Of a stretch of 64,000 bases of DNA, positions 52,575-64,000 are shown in pieces. The DNA comes from Microcoleus sp. (GTDB lineage Bacteria; Cyanobacteriota; Cyanobacteriia; Cyanobacteriales; Microcoleaceae). The translations under genes and the position numbers were made by a program. The notes beneath the pieces are model-generated. The model did no database searches and had not been told where the DNA came from. It saw nothing but the letters and a program-made list of their open reading frames with translations. Numbering within the stretch: position 1 is the stretch's first letter; each line of letters starts with the position of its first letter. The stretch spans positions 6,176,001 through 6,240,000 of the forward strand of contig CP181291.1 in NCBI GenBank assembly GCA_052279835.1, read 5' to 3'.

Positions 52575-55571
52575 ATGGAACTTGCCAATGTACCGATATT
52601 TTTATCATCACATCTAGAAACGATCGATCGCCATCCTCTAACAGTTGCACCAGAAACTAGCTTTATGGATGCTATCGCCCTGATGAGTCAGGCGATAAAT
52701 AGTAATGAGCTAACTAATTCACAACCCATTGTCAATTCCAGCAAAACGGCAAAACCATCCAGCGGTTGTGTCTTAGTGATGGACGGAAATCAGCTCGTTG
52801 GAATCCTCAATCAAGGAGATGTGGTAAATTTAATCGCCACAAAATCTCGTTGGCAAGAAACGAAAGTAGCCGATGTCATTAAGGAAAATTTTATTACTTT
52901 AAAAGCTTCAGAGTTTACCGATATATTTATAGCGATCGACCTATTTATTCAACACTCTATTGACCAATTGCCAATTATAGATGACGCAGGTCAATTAGTA
53001 GGTTTAATAACAGAAAAAAGCCTCCGCTTAAAAATTTACCATCTGGCACAAAAGTCGCAACCCGAAATTGTACAGCATTTGGAAAAACCCGGTGAAGGCT
53101 TAGAAAACAAGTCAGAAGTCGATCGCCAATTTCCAGAAATAGCTTTGCAACAAATCAACGCGGAGTTAGAACAACGAGTTCAGCAGCACAATGAAAGCTA
53201 CGAACTGGCGGTATTAGCAGGCAAGTTAGTAGAAGAAAAACTGCTAAATTCCGAAGCAGAACTGCGAGCACTTTTTGATGCTATGACCGATATTGTACTG
53301 GTGCTTGATGCCGAAGGTCGCTATGTCAAAATTGCCCCCTCTGCTCCCCAACTTTTGTACAAACCTTCTGAAGAAATGCTGGGAAAAACTGTTGCTGAAG
53401 TTCTGCCAGCAACAGAAGCTAAACTCTGGCTCAGCTACATTAAGCGCACCCTGATAACTCAACAGACAGAGAGAATCGATTACACTCTGCAAATTGGTGG
53501 TAAGTTAATCTGGTTTGAGGCAAATATTTCGCCCTTCGGCTTGGATAGAGTAATTTTGGTAGCACGAGATATTACTCAGCGCAAATTGACAGAAGTTGCA
53601 CTGCAAAAGAGCGAGGACAAGTTTCGCAATTTATTTGACGATGCTCCCATCGCGCTGAGTTTGGCAAGTGTGGGGGACTTTCGCATGGTTAAAGTGAATG
53701 ATGCTCACCGCCAGATGTTCGGCTACAGTGACGAAGAGTTGGTGGCAATGAGTTTTGCTGATCTCACTCACCCGGAAGATTTAGAAGCAGATTTAGAGCT
53801 GGTTAAGCAGCTTATAGATGGGGATATTCCTCGTTTTCAAATGGAAAAACGCTGTGCTAAAAAGAACGGCGAATTGATGTGGGTGAAATTGACGGTGACA
53901 CTGATTCGGGATGTTGATGGCAGCCCCCTGTATACTATGGGTGCGATCGAAGATATCAGCGATAGCAAGGCAGCAGAATTGCAATTACAGCAGTTGAAAG
54001 AACGGTTACAATTTTTGCTGACTTCTAATCCAGCGGTGATTTTTACTGTCTCGCCTGAAGGGAATTTTGATACTACTTATATTAGCGATAATGTGAGGTC
54101 GCTTGTCGGTTATAACCAGGCAGAGTTTTTAGTTGATACGGGGTTCTGGCTTAGTCATATTCACCCTGAAGATATCGGGCTATTTTTAGTGACTTTATCG
54201 GATTTATCGGTGCAAAAAAATCGCAGTTGTGAGTATCGTTTTTTACATAAGGATGGAATTTACCGCTGGCTGCGGACGGAACTGAAACTATTAGTAGACT
54301 GTCGGGGAAAACCGATGGAAATTATTGGGTACGCAGCCGACATCAGTAATTCTAAATACGCTGAAATAGCTTTACGGCAACAGTTCGAGCAAGAGCAACT
54401 TGTGGAGGCGATCGCCCGTCGGGTCCGCCAATCTTTGCAGTTAGAGGAAATTCTCAACACAACTGTGGCTGAACTTCAGCAAGTAGTGCTAGCAGATCGG
54501 GTTTTGGTGTATCAAATTTTACCCGAAGGTCGTGGTAAAGTCATTGCTGAAGCCGTGGCGGAGGGATGCAGTCCACTGATGAATAGAGTTTTTTCCGAAG
54601 ATATTTTTAGATCGGAAAATTACCCGACTTATTTGCGTGGTCTCTTTTGCGATATATCGGAACAAAAAGGGCGCGGGATTACACATGATTTAGTAGATTT
54701 CATGAAAGAAATTGAAGTTAGGGCAAAATTAGTCGTGCCCATTTTTCAGGTAAATCAACTGTGGGGATTGCTAATTGCTCAGCAGTGCGAGCGGCCCCGT
54801 GAGTGGCAAGAATGGGAAATAAATTTATTTCAGCAGTTGGTGAATCAATTGGCGATCGCCATTCAGCAATCTCTGCTTTACCAGCAACTGCAAGCCGAAT
54901 TGAGCGAGCGCAAACAAGCTGAAGATCGATTAAAAAAATCTTTGAAAGAAAAAGAAATTTTGCTGAAGGAAATTCACCACCGTGTCAAAAATAACCTCTG
55001 CGTAGTGGCTAGTCTGTTAGAACTCCAATCTGACATCGTTGGCGAGCGACAACTAGCTAAGATGTTTGAAGAAAGTCAGCATCGTCTTTATTCTATAGCT
55101 TTGATTCATGAAAAACTCTATCGGTCTAAAAATTTGGCACAAATTAATTTTGGCGAATATCTGGAAGACTTGGTAACTAACTTATTTAATTTTTACAATA
55201 TTAGCGACCATCGTATTCAGTTGCAGGTATTAGCGGAACCTATTTGGCTAAACATTGAAACGGCGACTCCCTGCGGTTTAATTGCTAATGAATTAGTGTC
55301 AAATACCTTGAAGCACGCTTTTCCCGATCGCACAAATGGTACGGTTAGTGTAGAATGCTATCAAACAGGCGATCGGGAAATCCACCTCATCGTCAAAGAT
55401 AACGGCAAAGGTTTTCCCAAAAATTTTAATTTTCAAAAAACTAATTCTATGGGCTTTCAAGTTGTCTGCACTTTAACCGAACAGCTAGAAGGAAATATTG
55501 AACTATCAGGAGAAATAGGCTCGACTTTTCACTTAAGTTTCACTGAGTTAAAATATTTTAAAAGGCTTTAG
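52575..55571 (+). CDS. CBS-PAS-PAS-PAS-GAF histidine kinase (HisKA_2 type)
   Basis: N-terminal CBS pair, three PAS/PAC, GAF, EIHHRVKNNL, NELVSN..KHAF and DNGKG. Confidence 0.92.
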   Translation: MELANVPIFLSSHLETIDRHPLTVAPETSFMDAIALMSQAINSNELTNSQPIVNSSKTAKPSSGCVLVMDGNQLVGILNQGDVVNLIATKSRWQETKVADVIKENFITLKASEFTDIFIAIDLFIQHSIDQLPIIDDAGQLVGLITEKSLRLKIYHLAQKSQPEIVQHLEKPGEGLENKSEVDRQFPEIALQQINAELEQRVQQHNESYELAVLAGKLVEEKLLNSEAELRALFDAMTDIVLVLDAEGRYVKIAPSAPQLLYKPSEEMLGKTVAEVLPATEAKLWLSYIKRTLITQQTERIDYTLQIGGKLIWFEANISPFGLDRVILVARDITQRKLTEVALQKSEDKFRNLFDDAPIALSLASVGDFRMVKVNDAHRQMFGYSDEELVAMSFADLTHPEDLEADLELVKQLIDGDIPRFQMEKRCAKKNGELMWVKLTVTLIRDVDGSPLYTMGAIEDISDSKAAELQLQQLKERLQFLLTSNPAVIFTVSPEGNFDTTYISDNVRSLVGYNQAEFLVDTGFWLSHIHPEDIGLFLVTLSDLSVQKNRSCEYRFLHKDGIYRWLRTELKLLVDCRGKPMEIIGYAADISNSKYAEIALRQQFEQEQLVEAIARRVRQSLQLEEILNTTVAELQQVVLADRVLVYQILPEGRGKVIAEAVAEGCSPLMNRVFSEDIFRSENYPTYLRGLFCDISEQKGRGITHDLVDFMKEIEVRAKLVVPIFQVNQLWGLLIAQQCERPREWQEWEINLFQQLVNQLAIAIQQSLLYQQLQAELSERKQAEDRLKKSLKEKEILLKEIHHRVKNNLCVVASLLELQSDIVGERQLAKMFEESQHRLYSIALIHEKLYRSKNLAQINFGEYLEDLVTNLFNFYNISDHRIQLQVLAEPIWLNIETATPCGLIANELVSNTLKHAFPDRTNGTVSVECYQTGDREIHLIVKDNGKGFPKNFNFQKTNSMGFQVVCTLTEQLEGNIELSGEIGSTFHLSFTELKYFKRL

Positions 55572-55575
55572 AATC

Positions 55576-56685
55576 ATGGAAATTTACGAAAAAAACATTA
55601 ACATTTTGATTGTAGAAGACGAACTTTTAATAGCGAAAAACTTATCCAATAAATTGGAGAATTTGGGTTATAAAATAGTAGGTATTGTTTGTTCAGGAGC
55701 CGATGCCATCGAGCGTGCTGGCGAAATGAAGCCCGATTTAATTTTGATGGATATAGTAATTAAAGGCCAAATAGACGGCATAGAAACAGCAACAATCATC
55801 AATCAAAAATTAGATATACCAATTATCTATACAACTGCCTACGCAGACGAAGAAACTTTGGAGCGAGCAGAAAATACTGGTTCCTACGGCTACCTCCTCA
55901 AACCTTTTAAAGAAAGAGAGCTACACGCCACCATCAAGATTGCATTGAGCAAACATCAAGAAACCGTTAAAATGCAACAAGAACTTGCATCTTTTGCTAC
56001 AAAAAGTGAAAATGAATCGCGTTTTTTGGCAATGGTTTACCATGATTTAAATACTCCATTGACTACCATACAACTATCGGCTGAAATGCTGGAAGATTGC
56101 GATTTTTCTAGTCGTGTATTAACAGTAAATAAGACCGTAGAACGCATTAAAAAAGCAGCGAGCAATATGAGCGAATTGCTCGAAGATATTTTAATGATAG
56201 CCAAAGCAGATTCGGGGAAAATTTTGCTGAACTTAAAGTCGGTAAATCTGGTTGATTTGTGCTATCTTATATTAGATGATATGCAGCCGATCGCTACTCA
56301 AAAACACTTCATAAACTTTCGTCATCAACAAAATTTGTTGTACGCTAATGTCGATGCCAAACTACTGCACCATCTGCTCACAAATTTGCTGTCAAACGCG
56401 ATTAAATATTCTCCCAACGGCGGTGATGTGTCTCTAGAATTAAGCAGCCAATGCCAGGAAGTCATTTTTTGCATTCGCGATGAAGGAATTGGTATGACAG
56501 CGGCAGATATAGGTAAATTATTTCAGAAGTTTGAACGGGGTGGTAACGTCAGCAATATTAAAGGTTCGGGGTTGGGACTTTGTATTGTCAAACACATTGT
56601 TGACCTCCACGGCGGTACCATAAGTGTGGAAAGTGCGATCGGTAAAGGTACTACATTTACTGTCGCACTGCCTTTTGATAGTTGA
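55576..56685 (+). CDS. Hybrid response regulator-histidine kinase
   Basis: REC domain (VEDE, LMDI, KPF), then HDLNTPL, NLLSNAIKYS and GSGLGL. Confidence 0.93.
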   Translation: MEIYEKNINILIVEDELLIAKNLSNKLENLGYKIVGIVCSGADAIERAGEMKPDLILMDIVIKGQIDGIETATIINQKLDIPIIYTTAYADEETLERAENTGSYGYLLKPFKERELHATIKIALSKHQETVKMQQELASFATKSENESRFLAMVYHDLNTPLTTIQLSAEMLEDCDFSSRVLTVNKTVERIKKAASNMSELLEDILMIAKADSGKILLNLKSVNLVDLCYLILDDMQPIATQKHFINFRHQQNLLYANVDAKLLHHLLTNLLSNAIKYSPNGGDVSLELSSQCQEVIFCIRDEGIGMTAADIGKLFQKFERGGNVSNIKGSGLGLCIVKHIVDLHGGTISVESAIGKGTTFTVALPFDS

Positions 56686-56993
56686 GTGTTGACTAAAGAA
56701 CAATAGGCTAGCCCCCGGCCTGTTTTAGCAATAAAAAAATCTTGTGATTAATGTTATTTGAGCTGTTGTTGATGCACAAAAAAATAAAAATTACCAATTA
56801 AATAAAATATTTTATTTAATGTAGCTTTCTGCTTTCAACCTGGAATCAAGGCTCTACCTATAGATAGAGACTAGCTGCGATCGGCATAAATGAAAATTCC
56901 ACCCCTTGAGAGATGTAGCATCAGGGATATTTTTCGTTCAATAGTATCAATTACTGTTACCAACATCCAATTAAGAAATACCAGAGAGGATCT

Positions 56994-57278
56994 ATGAGCA
57001 TCGACAAACCCAACGAAACTAAAGATATTTTCCGCAGTGCCAATCCGGGAGATCGAATTTCCGACGAACCACAAACCATCGAAGAAAAAGCCCAGCAACT
57101 CGCAGTAGACCACGTTCCAGACATAACTGGAGATATAGTTACAGTTCCCACTTATGTGATCGTCGAAGAACCGGATGGGGAAAAAAAAGCCCTGCACCAC
57201 GTCAAAGACGCTGAAGAAATTTCCGACGTAATTCGGCAGGCCCGCGTTGACGAAAATGGTGAGCGAATTTGGGATTAA
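56994..57278 (+). CDS. Small acidic hypothetical protein
   Basis: GAGG RBS; co-oriented with the DUF2231 gene; LHHVKDAEEISDVIRQAR motif. Confidence 0.7.
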   Translation: MSIDKPNETKDIFRSANPGDRISDEPQTIEEKAQQLAVDHVPDITGDIVTVPTYVIVEEPDGEKKALHHVKDAEEISDVIRQARVDENGERIWD

Positions 57279-57329
57279 ATTCAATCAATTTAAAGACGAG
57301 TTTTTTAACCAAAGTTATCTGTAGCAATC

Positions 57330-57869
57330 ATGGAAACAAATCAGAGAAACACTGCCCCTTTCCCCAATATTCCGCCCATTCTGGAAACAGACGATGGAGA
57401 ATATCTCGATGGTGGCATAGTGAGTACAGTTTCAGTTGCAGGCCATCCGCTTCACCCTGTGCTGATTGTATTTCCAGTAGCCTTTCTGGTAGGAGCAGCC
57501 GGTACTGACATCGGCTACTGGCTCACAAGCGATCCATTTTGGGCAAGAGCCTCAGTTTGGCTCATCGGTGCCGGTTTCGGTGCGGGCATTTTGGCTGGGA
57601 TCACCGGTTTTTTAGACTTTTTTAAAATAAAAAGAGTGCGCGAGCGTAGTGCTGGCTGGTTGCACATGGGCGGCAACGTGACGGTTTTGGTACTTTCCTT
57701 GATTAACCTGGTTTTGCGACAAGGAAACCCAGAAACAGCGATTGTACCAACAGGTTTAGCAATTTCCATTGTCGTTGCAGCCTTACTGGGCGCTACAGGC
57801 TGGTTTGGTGGCGAACTCAGTTTTCGTCACAAAGTCGGTGTCATCGGCCCTACCAGCCGCAATCAGTAG
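57330..57869 (+). CDS. DUF2231 membrane protein
   Basis: GHPLHP.L..FP, G..D, a His in WLHMGGN, GWFGGEL and four TM helices. Confidence 0.88.
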   Translation: METNQRNTAPFPNIPPILETDDGEYLDGGIVSTVSVAGHPLHPVLIVFPVAFLVGAAGTDIGYWLTSDPFWARASVWLIGAGFGAGILAGITGFLDFFKIKRVRERSAGWLHMGGNVTVLVLSLINLVLRQGNPETAIVPTGLAISIVVAALLGATGWFGGELSFRHKVGVIGPTSRNQ

Positions 57870-57888
57870 GTTTTGTCCAAAATTTAGT

Positions 57889-57914
57889 CCTCCTCAATTA
57901 TCAAATTGAGGAGG
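57889..57914. terminator. Hairpin between convergent genes
   Basis: CCTCCTCAATT-ATCA-AATTGAGGAGG. Confidence 0.65.
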
Positions 57915-58820
57915 CTAAATTTTTGAGCTATCAATTTCTTGAACTTCCCAAGAATTAACATTGCCTGCCCCAGCCAAGGAAAAATAGCGCCTAGTAGATT
58001 CCGGCAAAATCGCCCCCGTTAACAAAGCATTATCTAAATTAGCTCCAATTAACGTCGCCTCACTCAAATCTGCTGCCATCAAATCTGCTTGACACAACTT
58101 CGCCCAATTCAGATTAGCCCCTCTCAAACAACTTCCCCTCAACTTAGCCCCTGTTAAGTTTGCTCCCACCAACTTCACGCCCCGCAACTGAGCGGCGCTA
58201 AAATTCGCCCCTGCTAAATTTGAGCCTTCCAAATTAGCTCCCGTCAGTTTAGCTTCACTGACATTGACACCGCTCAAATCCGCACCGCCGAGATTCACCC
58301 CATTTAACTGAGCTCTCCGCAGACTGACTCCCGTTAATAAAGCTCCAAACAGCTTGGCACTGTTGAGCCTTGCACCGTAAAGGTTTGCCCACTTAAAATT
58401 AGCTCCTGTCAGGTTTGCGCCCAACAAGTTAATTAGTTGCAAGTCGGCGCTGCACAGATTGGCATTCCACAGCACAGCACCCCGCAGGTTTGCGCCTGTT
58501 AAAGTTGCGCCGCTTAACTTCGCTCTCGGCAATTTTGCTTTTACCAGAAAAGCTCCGCTCAAATTAGCCTTGGTCAAATTTGCATCTGTCAGTTTGCTGT
58601 CTCCCATTTTGGCAAAACTCAGATTTGCTCTGTGCAGCAAAGCGCCATTGAGTGTTGCTTTGGTGAGAAATGCTCTGCTGAGGTTGGCCCCGGAAAGATT
58701 GGCTTGCGAAAGGTTGACTCCGATTAAGATGGCTCCGCTGAGGTTCGCCCCGCTGAGGTTCGCCCCAGCAAAGTTTCTTTGTCCTTTTTCGTAGTTGTTG
58801 AGCAGTTCGCTAACTTCCAT
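57915..58820 (-). CDS. Pentapeptide repeat protein
   Basis: ELL..Y..G.RNF start followed by a long run of A(N/K)LxG repeats. Confidence 0.93.
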   Translation of the reverse strand: MEVSELLNNYEKGQRNFAGANLSGANLSGAILIGVNLSQANLSGANLSRAFLTKATLNGALLHRANLSFAKMGDSKLTDANLTKANLSGAFLVKAKLPRAKLSGATLTGANLRGAVLWNANLCSADLQLINLLGANLTGANFKWANLYGARLNSAKLFGALLTGVSLRRAQLNGVNLGGADLSGVNVSEAKLTGANLEGSNLAGANFSAAQLRGVKLVGANLTGAKLRGSCLRGANLNWAKLCQADLMAADLSEATLIGANLDNALLTGAILPESTRRYFSLAGAGNVNSWEVQEIDSSKI

Positions 58821-59084
58821 AGGGCCTAATACCTCTGATTCGGGGGTTTTCGATCGAGAAATCTTTGCTGTTAAGGTTGTTTGAGAAATTCCACTGTGCA
58901 AAAGTCAGACTGTTTCAGGATTCTAGATCCAAAGGTCTAACTTCTAGTACCAGTAGTTTCTGTGGAAAGGTAATCTCTTAATAAAGATTTTATATCCTGC
59001 GATCGCTAGCAATGCCCATTTCCCCACGGTTGACTTAAAAGTTAACTTTTGTTGACATATCAACTTATTGCTTAACCTGTGGGA

Positions 59085-61592
59085 TTAATTAATTTTTAAC
59101 TTCAGGCGCACTTTGCCGCCTACTCCTGCGGGTGGTTTCCAGGAAGTTAAAGCTTCCTGGAGATGCTTAATTGGCTCAGTGGCTTGTAGCGTCGAGGCTC
59201 CATAGTCGATCGCCACTCGCACCACCTGGCCATCTTGTACCCACAATTCCCAAACCGTCTCCCCAGTAACCCCAGTCGGTAAGATCACAGATTGCAGGTA
59301 TTGAGTCAAAGCAGCAATAGCCGACACATCCAACCCTTCGACACTAGCTATTTGCAAAGGAGAAGTGCTTGGCTGCTGGGGTTTCAACTCCCGGTAAGTG
59401 GGTTTCGCCACTTCCCGAAGTGGCGCCGATGGTGCTTCCCGGCGAGTTGGGTTGACACGGGAACCACCGCCTCTAGTTTGCCCGATCGCCTCGTCCGGTT
59501 CAAAAATACCTTCATAGCTCATCCCCTGTGGCAGTTCTACAGGCACTTGCACTCGCCGACGCGATCCATCTGGTTCCACCCGCACTTCTGAGCTCACAGC
59601 CACAAATGCCGTGTATTCCGACAGCAAGCCATAGGTCAAAGCAGTATTAGTCACTGATTCCACCAGAGATTTAGTCTCGCCACCAAACATTTGATTCATC
59701 AAATCCTGAATCCGCGATCGACCCCAAAGTTGAGCGATCGCCAGATTGCCAAAATCCCGATTAGTCGTGACAACTGAATTTGACTCCCGTTGGCGAACAT
59801 TGACAGAAGGAGTAAAATTCACGGGTAACATCTGCTCGTAAACTTTGCCGTCAGCTTCAGTGCCGCGGATACGAATTTTGCCACTGGTGCGATCGTTCTG
59901 CCGGCCAAACAAAACTAGCGGCGCACTAGCAAACAAATCTGGCACCACCTGGGGATAAATCTCCGCTTTTTCCCCCATTCCTTCCCAACTAATTTGAATA
60001 TTCGTCAATACCGGACTGTTAATTTGGCGAAAAAACTTTTCTGCTGCGGCCTCCGTCGGTTCATCTTGACGAACTACTTGAGATGTGCCTCTTCCCACTT
60101 GGGCCAAACGGTTAAGCAAAAACCGATTTACAGAACCGCCCACACCAAAACTATAGAGTCTATTTCCCGGTTTGAAACTCCGTTGCACCTGGTCAATTAC
60201 TTCTTTTTCATTGCCAATATAACCATCAGTAATTAGTACAATACTCCGCAACCTTCCGGTTTCTGGAGCCGGAAAATTCATCACAGTTCGGATGCCATTG
60301 ACCAATTCCGTACCGCCGTTAGCTTGCAATTTAGCGATATAATCAATAGCTTTTTCTCGATTGATCTGAGTATTGGCTAAAGGAGTTGGTGAAAGTGCTT
60401 TGGCAGTATTGGCAAAATCAATAATTGTAAAAGTATCCTGGGGATTTAAACCTTGAATAAAACGGCGCATCAATTCCTGGGATTTGGCTAGCGGTTCTCC
60501 CTGTTGAGAACCGGAAGTATCCATCAGAAACACGACATCTTTGGGTACAATTTGATTGGATTTGTAATTTAAGGCCGGAATCAGATAAGCTGCAAAATGA
60601 CCGCCTCGCTTGTCAGCTTGAGTCAGGACTGCTGCCTGGGTATTTTCTCCAGCTACTCGATAGCGCAAAATTAAATCTTTATTGGGGATTGTATCAGAAT
60701 TGGGTAGTTGGACTTGCACAATGTTGCCACTGCGAGAGGTCGTAATTTGATGAGAAGTAGAACGGACATTGCTAATCGGAATTCCGCTATCTATTTCTAC
60801 ATTGACAGCGATATCGTGACCCGATCGCGTTCCCGGAGGCACTACAGGCGGGTTAATGCGATCGGCATCGGTATTAACCGCCCCCGGCCTGGTTAAGGGG
60901 GGGTTGGGGGTGGTCATATTTCTGGGAATATAGCGAGGCCCCACCACCATCGGAAACACAAATTCATAATCGCCTCCCTCAAACTTGAGACTTTCGGTGT
61001 AGCGAATGGTAACTTCTATTTGCTCTCCGGGTTTGATATTTGCCAGAGACTGAGTAAAAATATTATCCCGTTCTTGTTCCAACAAACCCGCTGTTCTGCC
61101 TTGGGTTCGAGCTTTTTCGTAAATTTCCAAAGCTTCGTCTCGTCGTTTGATATCAGATTTGATAGTTCGTGAGCCGATTTTAATTTCCATATCATCCACC
61201 GCCGCTTCGTCAGGTAAAGGAAACACATAAACAGCTTCCAAAGGTTCGGTGAAAGAATTTTCAAACTTCTGAACAACTTCGACGCGGGAGATATTGCCGG
61301 CAATTTTAGCTTTAACTTGAGTTTGTTTGAGCCCAAAGACTTGTTCCTGGCCCGGATTTTGACTTGGGACGAACAAACCGCCGACGGGACACCGACTTTG
61401 GGGCTGGTATCCATCGCTACGGCAGTTAACCTCATTTCTAGCCAGGAGTTGTGGTGATGCAGCAGAATGTCCCCCAAGAGCGATCGCCCGTGCTCTATCG
61501 GGAGCCAGCCACGCGCTACACTCGATCGCAGCCAGGAGTGTTATACCAGCAGAAAGCAACCGTTGGGCAGATAAAACGCAGACAAACTTCAT
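59085..61592 (-). CDS. VIT plus von Willebrand A domain protein (exported)
   Basis: Signal peptide, VIT (EAVYVFPLP...AGLLEQ), GPRYIP, MIDAS DTSGS / GGT / TDG and LLSEYTAFVAV. Confidence 0.92.
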   Translation of the reverse strand: MKFVCVLSAQRLLSAGITLLAAIECSAWLAPDRARAIALGGHSAASPQLLARNEVNCRSDGYQPQSRCPVGGLFVPSQNPGQEQVFGLKQTQVKAKIAGNISRVEVVQKFENSFTEPLEAVYVFPLPDEAAVDDMEIKIGSRTIKSDIKRRDEALEIYEKARTQGRTAGLLEQERDNIFTQSLANIKPGEQIEVTIRYTESLKFEGGDYEFVFPMVVGPRYIPRNMTTPNPPLTRPGAVNTDADRINPPVVPPGTRSGHDIAVNVEIDSGIPISNVRSTSHQITTSRSGNIVQVQLPNSDTIPNKDLILRYRVAGENTQAAVLTQADKRGGHFAAYLIPALNYKSNQIVPKDVVFLMDTSGSQQGEPLAKSQELMRRFIQGLNPQDTFTIIDFANTAKALSPTPLANTQINREKAIDYIAKLQANGGTELVNGIRTVMNFPAPETGRLRSIVLITDGYIGNEKEVIDQVQRSFKPGNRLYSFGVGGSVNRFLLNRLAQVGRGTSQVVRQDEPTEAAAEKFFRQINSPVLTNIQISWEGMGEKAEIYPQVVPDLFASAPLVLFGRQNDRTSGKIRIRGTEADGKVYEQMLPVNFTPSVNVRQRESNSVVTTNRDFGNLAIAQLWGRSRIQDLMNQMFGGETKSLVESVTNTALTYGLLSEYTAFVAVSSEVRVEPDGSRRRVQVPVELPQGMSYEGIFEPDEAIGQTRGGGSRVNPTRREAPSAPLREVAKPTYRELKPQQPSTSPLQIASVEGLDVSAIAALTQYLQSVILPTGVTGETVWELWVQDGQVVRVAIDYGASTLQATEPIKHLQEALTSWKPPAGVGGKVRLKLKIN

Positions 61593-61765
61593 AGCAATTT
61601 TTTTAGCAGACTGGAAATGCTCTACATACCATGACCTTAACCTTCGCGAAACGTTCCTGAGTCAGGGATGTGCCAAAAATTACCGACGAGGGGCGATGGG
61701 GCGATCGAGTCAAACCTACAAAATTGTATCTTTGATCAATTACAGTCCTGGACACATGGGGATTC

Positions 61766-61833
61766 AAAAACCCGGTTTCTGCGTGAATATTTGTCGAAAA
61801 AAAGGACTATTTTTAGAAGAAACCGGGTTTTTT
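61766..61833. repeat. AAACCCGGTTTCT inverted-repeat element
   Basis: AAAAACCCGGTTTCT ... AGAAACCGGGTTTTT, the same core as the MITEs at 14.7 and 15.5 kb. Confidence 0.7.
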
Positions 61834-61947
61834 GCGTCCACGACTAAATTAGACAATTAAATAGCTGTACCCACCGCAGATTCAAAAAATACTCCATGAA
61901 TGCTGGACAATTTGGTTTTTAGCTTTTAGATTTGAGTGTTACCTTAA

Positions 61948-63636
<1,689 letters not shown>

Positions 63637-63937
63637 GCTGCCACGCATCTAATTTGACGATCAAGTTTGATAAGATTTTTGTGGGAGGGTTGTTCTTAGC
63701 AACTCCGAAGCAGAATCAAGCAATATTTAGATGCGTGACGGCGGATGTGACACATTATTAATAGATTCTCAGCGAAAAAAATAACCCCACTCCCAACCCT
63801 AGTAGGGATCGGGGCTAGAAAGTGTAACTTGATTCTTGGACAAGGCTACCCATTGTTGCTCAATTATGGGTAGACTTTTCACTCGCAGGTTCTGCTTCTG
63901 TAAGGTTTTGGTGGAATTAATGGATTAAAGAAGTGCT

Positions 63938-64000
63938 ATGCTACTCGGATTCAAAACCGAATTAAAACTGAACGACCGACAGCGAACGCGGTTAGCTAAA
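63938..64000 (+). CDS. Probable 5' end of a second TnpB-family gene, cut by the window edge
   Basis: MLLGFKTELKLNDRQRTRLAK matches the usual N-terminus of cyanobacterial IS605/IS607 TnpB; only 21 codons are visible. Confidence 0.6.
   Translation, partial: MLLGFKTELKLNDRQRTRLAK

Overview
Chromosomal window from a filamentous cyanobacterium, probably Oscillatoriales (Microcoleus/Tychonema-like). This is inferred from very frequent HIP1 GCGATCGC octamers, heptamer tandem repeats and typical cyanobacterial MITE/REP-like elements. Housekeeping genes (uup-like ABC-F, mtnA, guaA, cbiD, rpsD, sufE, alaS with a frameshift, pyrG) alternate with accessory loci. The most notable locus is a tightly coupled operon at 44.1-56.7 kb. 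It encodes a coiled-coil protein, a membrane protein with a cytoplasmic longin/roadblock-like segment and periplasmic BON/OmpA domains, a Rab/Ras-like small GTPase, a histidine kinase and an adenylate cyclase that share a paralogous N-terminal module, and two further kinases. Other highlights: a three-gene putative oxylipin pathway (DUF2235 lipase, COX-like dioxygenase, catalase-related hydroperoxide enzyme), a pentameric ligand-gated ion channel, an ABC-ATPase/TOPRIM defence-like pair, an intact tnpB-only IS200/IS605 element, a decaying cluster of PIN toxin-antitoxin modules and a probable structured sRNA. All family calls are by motif recognition only; no database searches were run.
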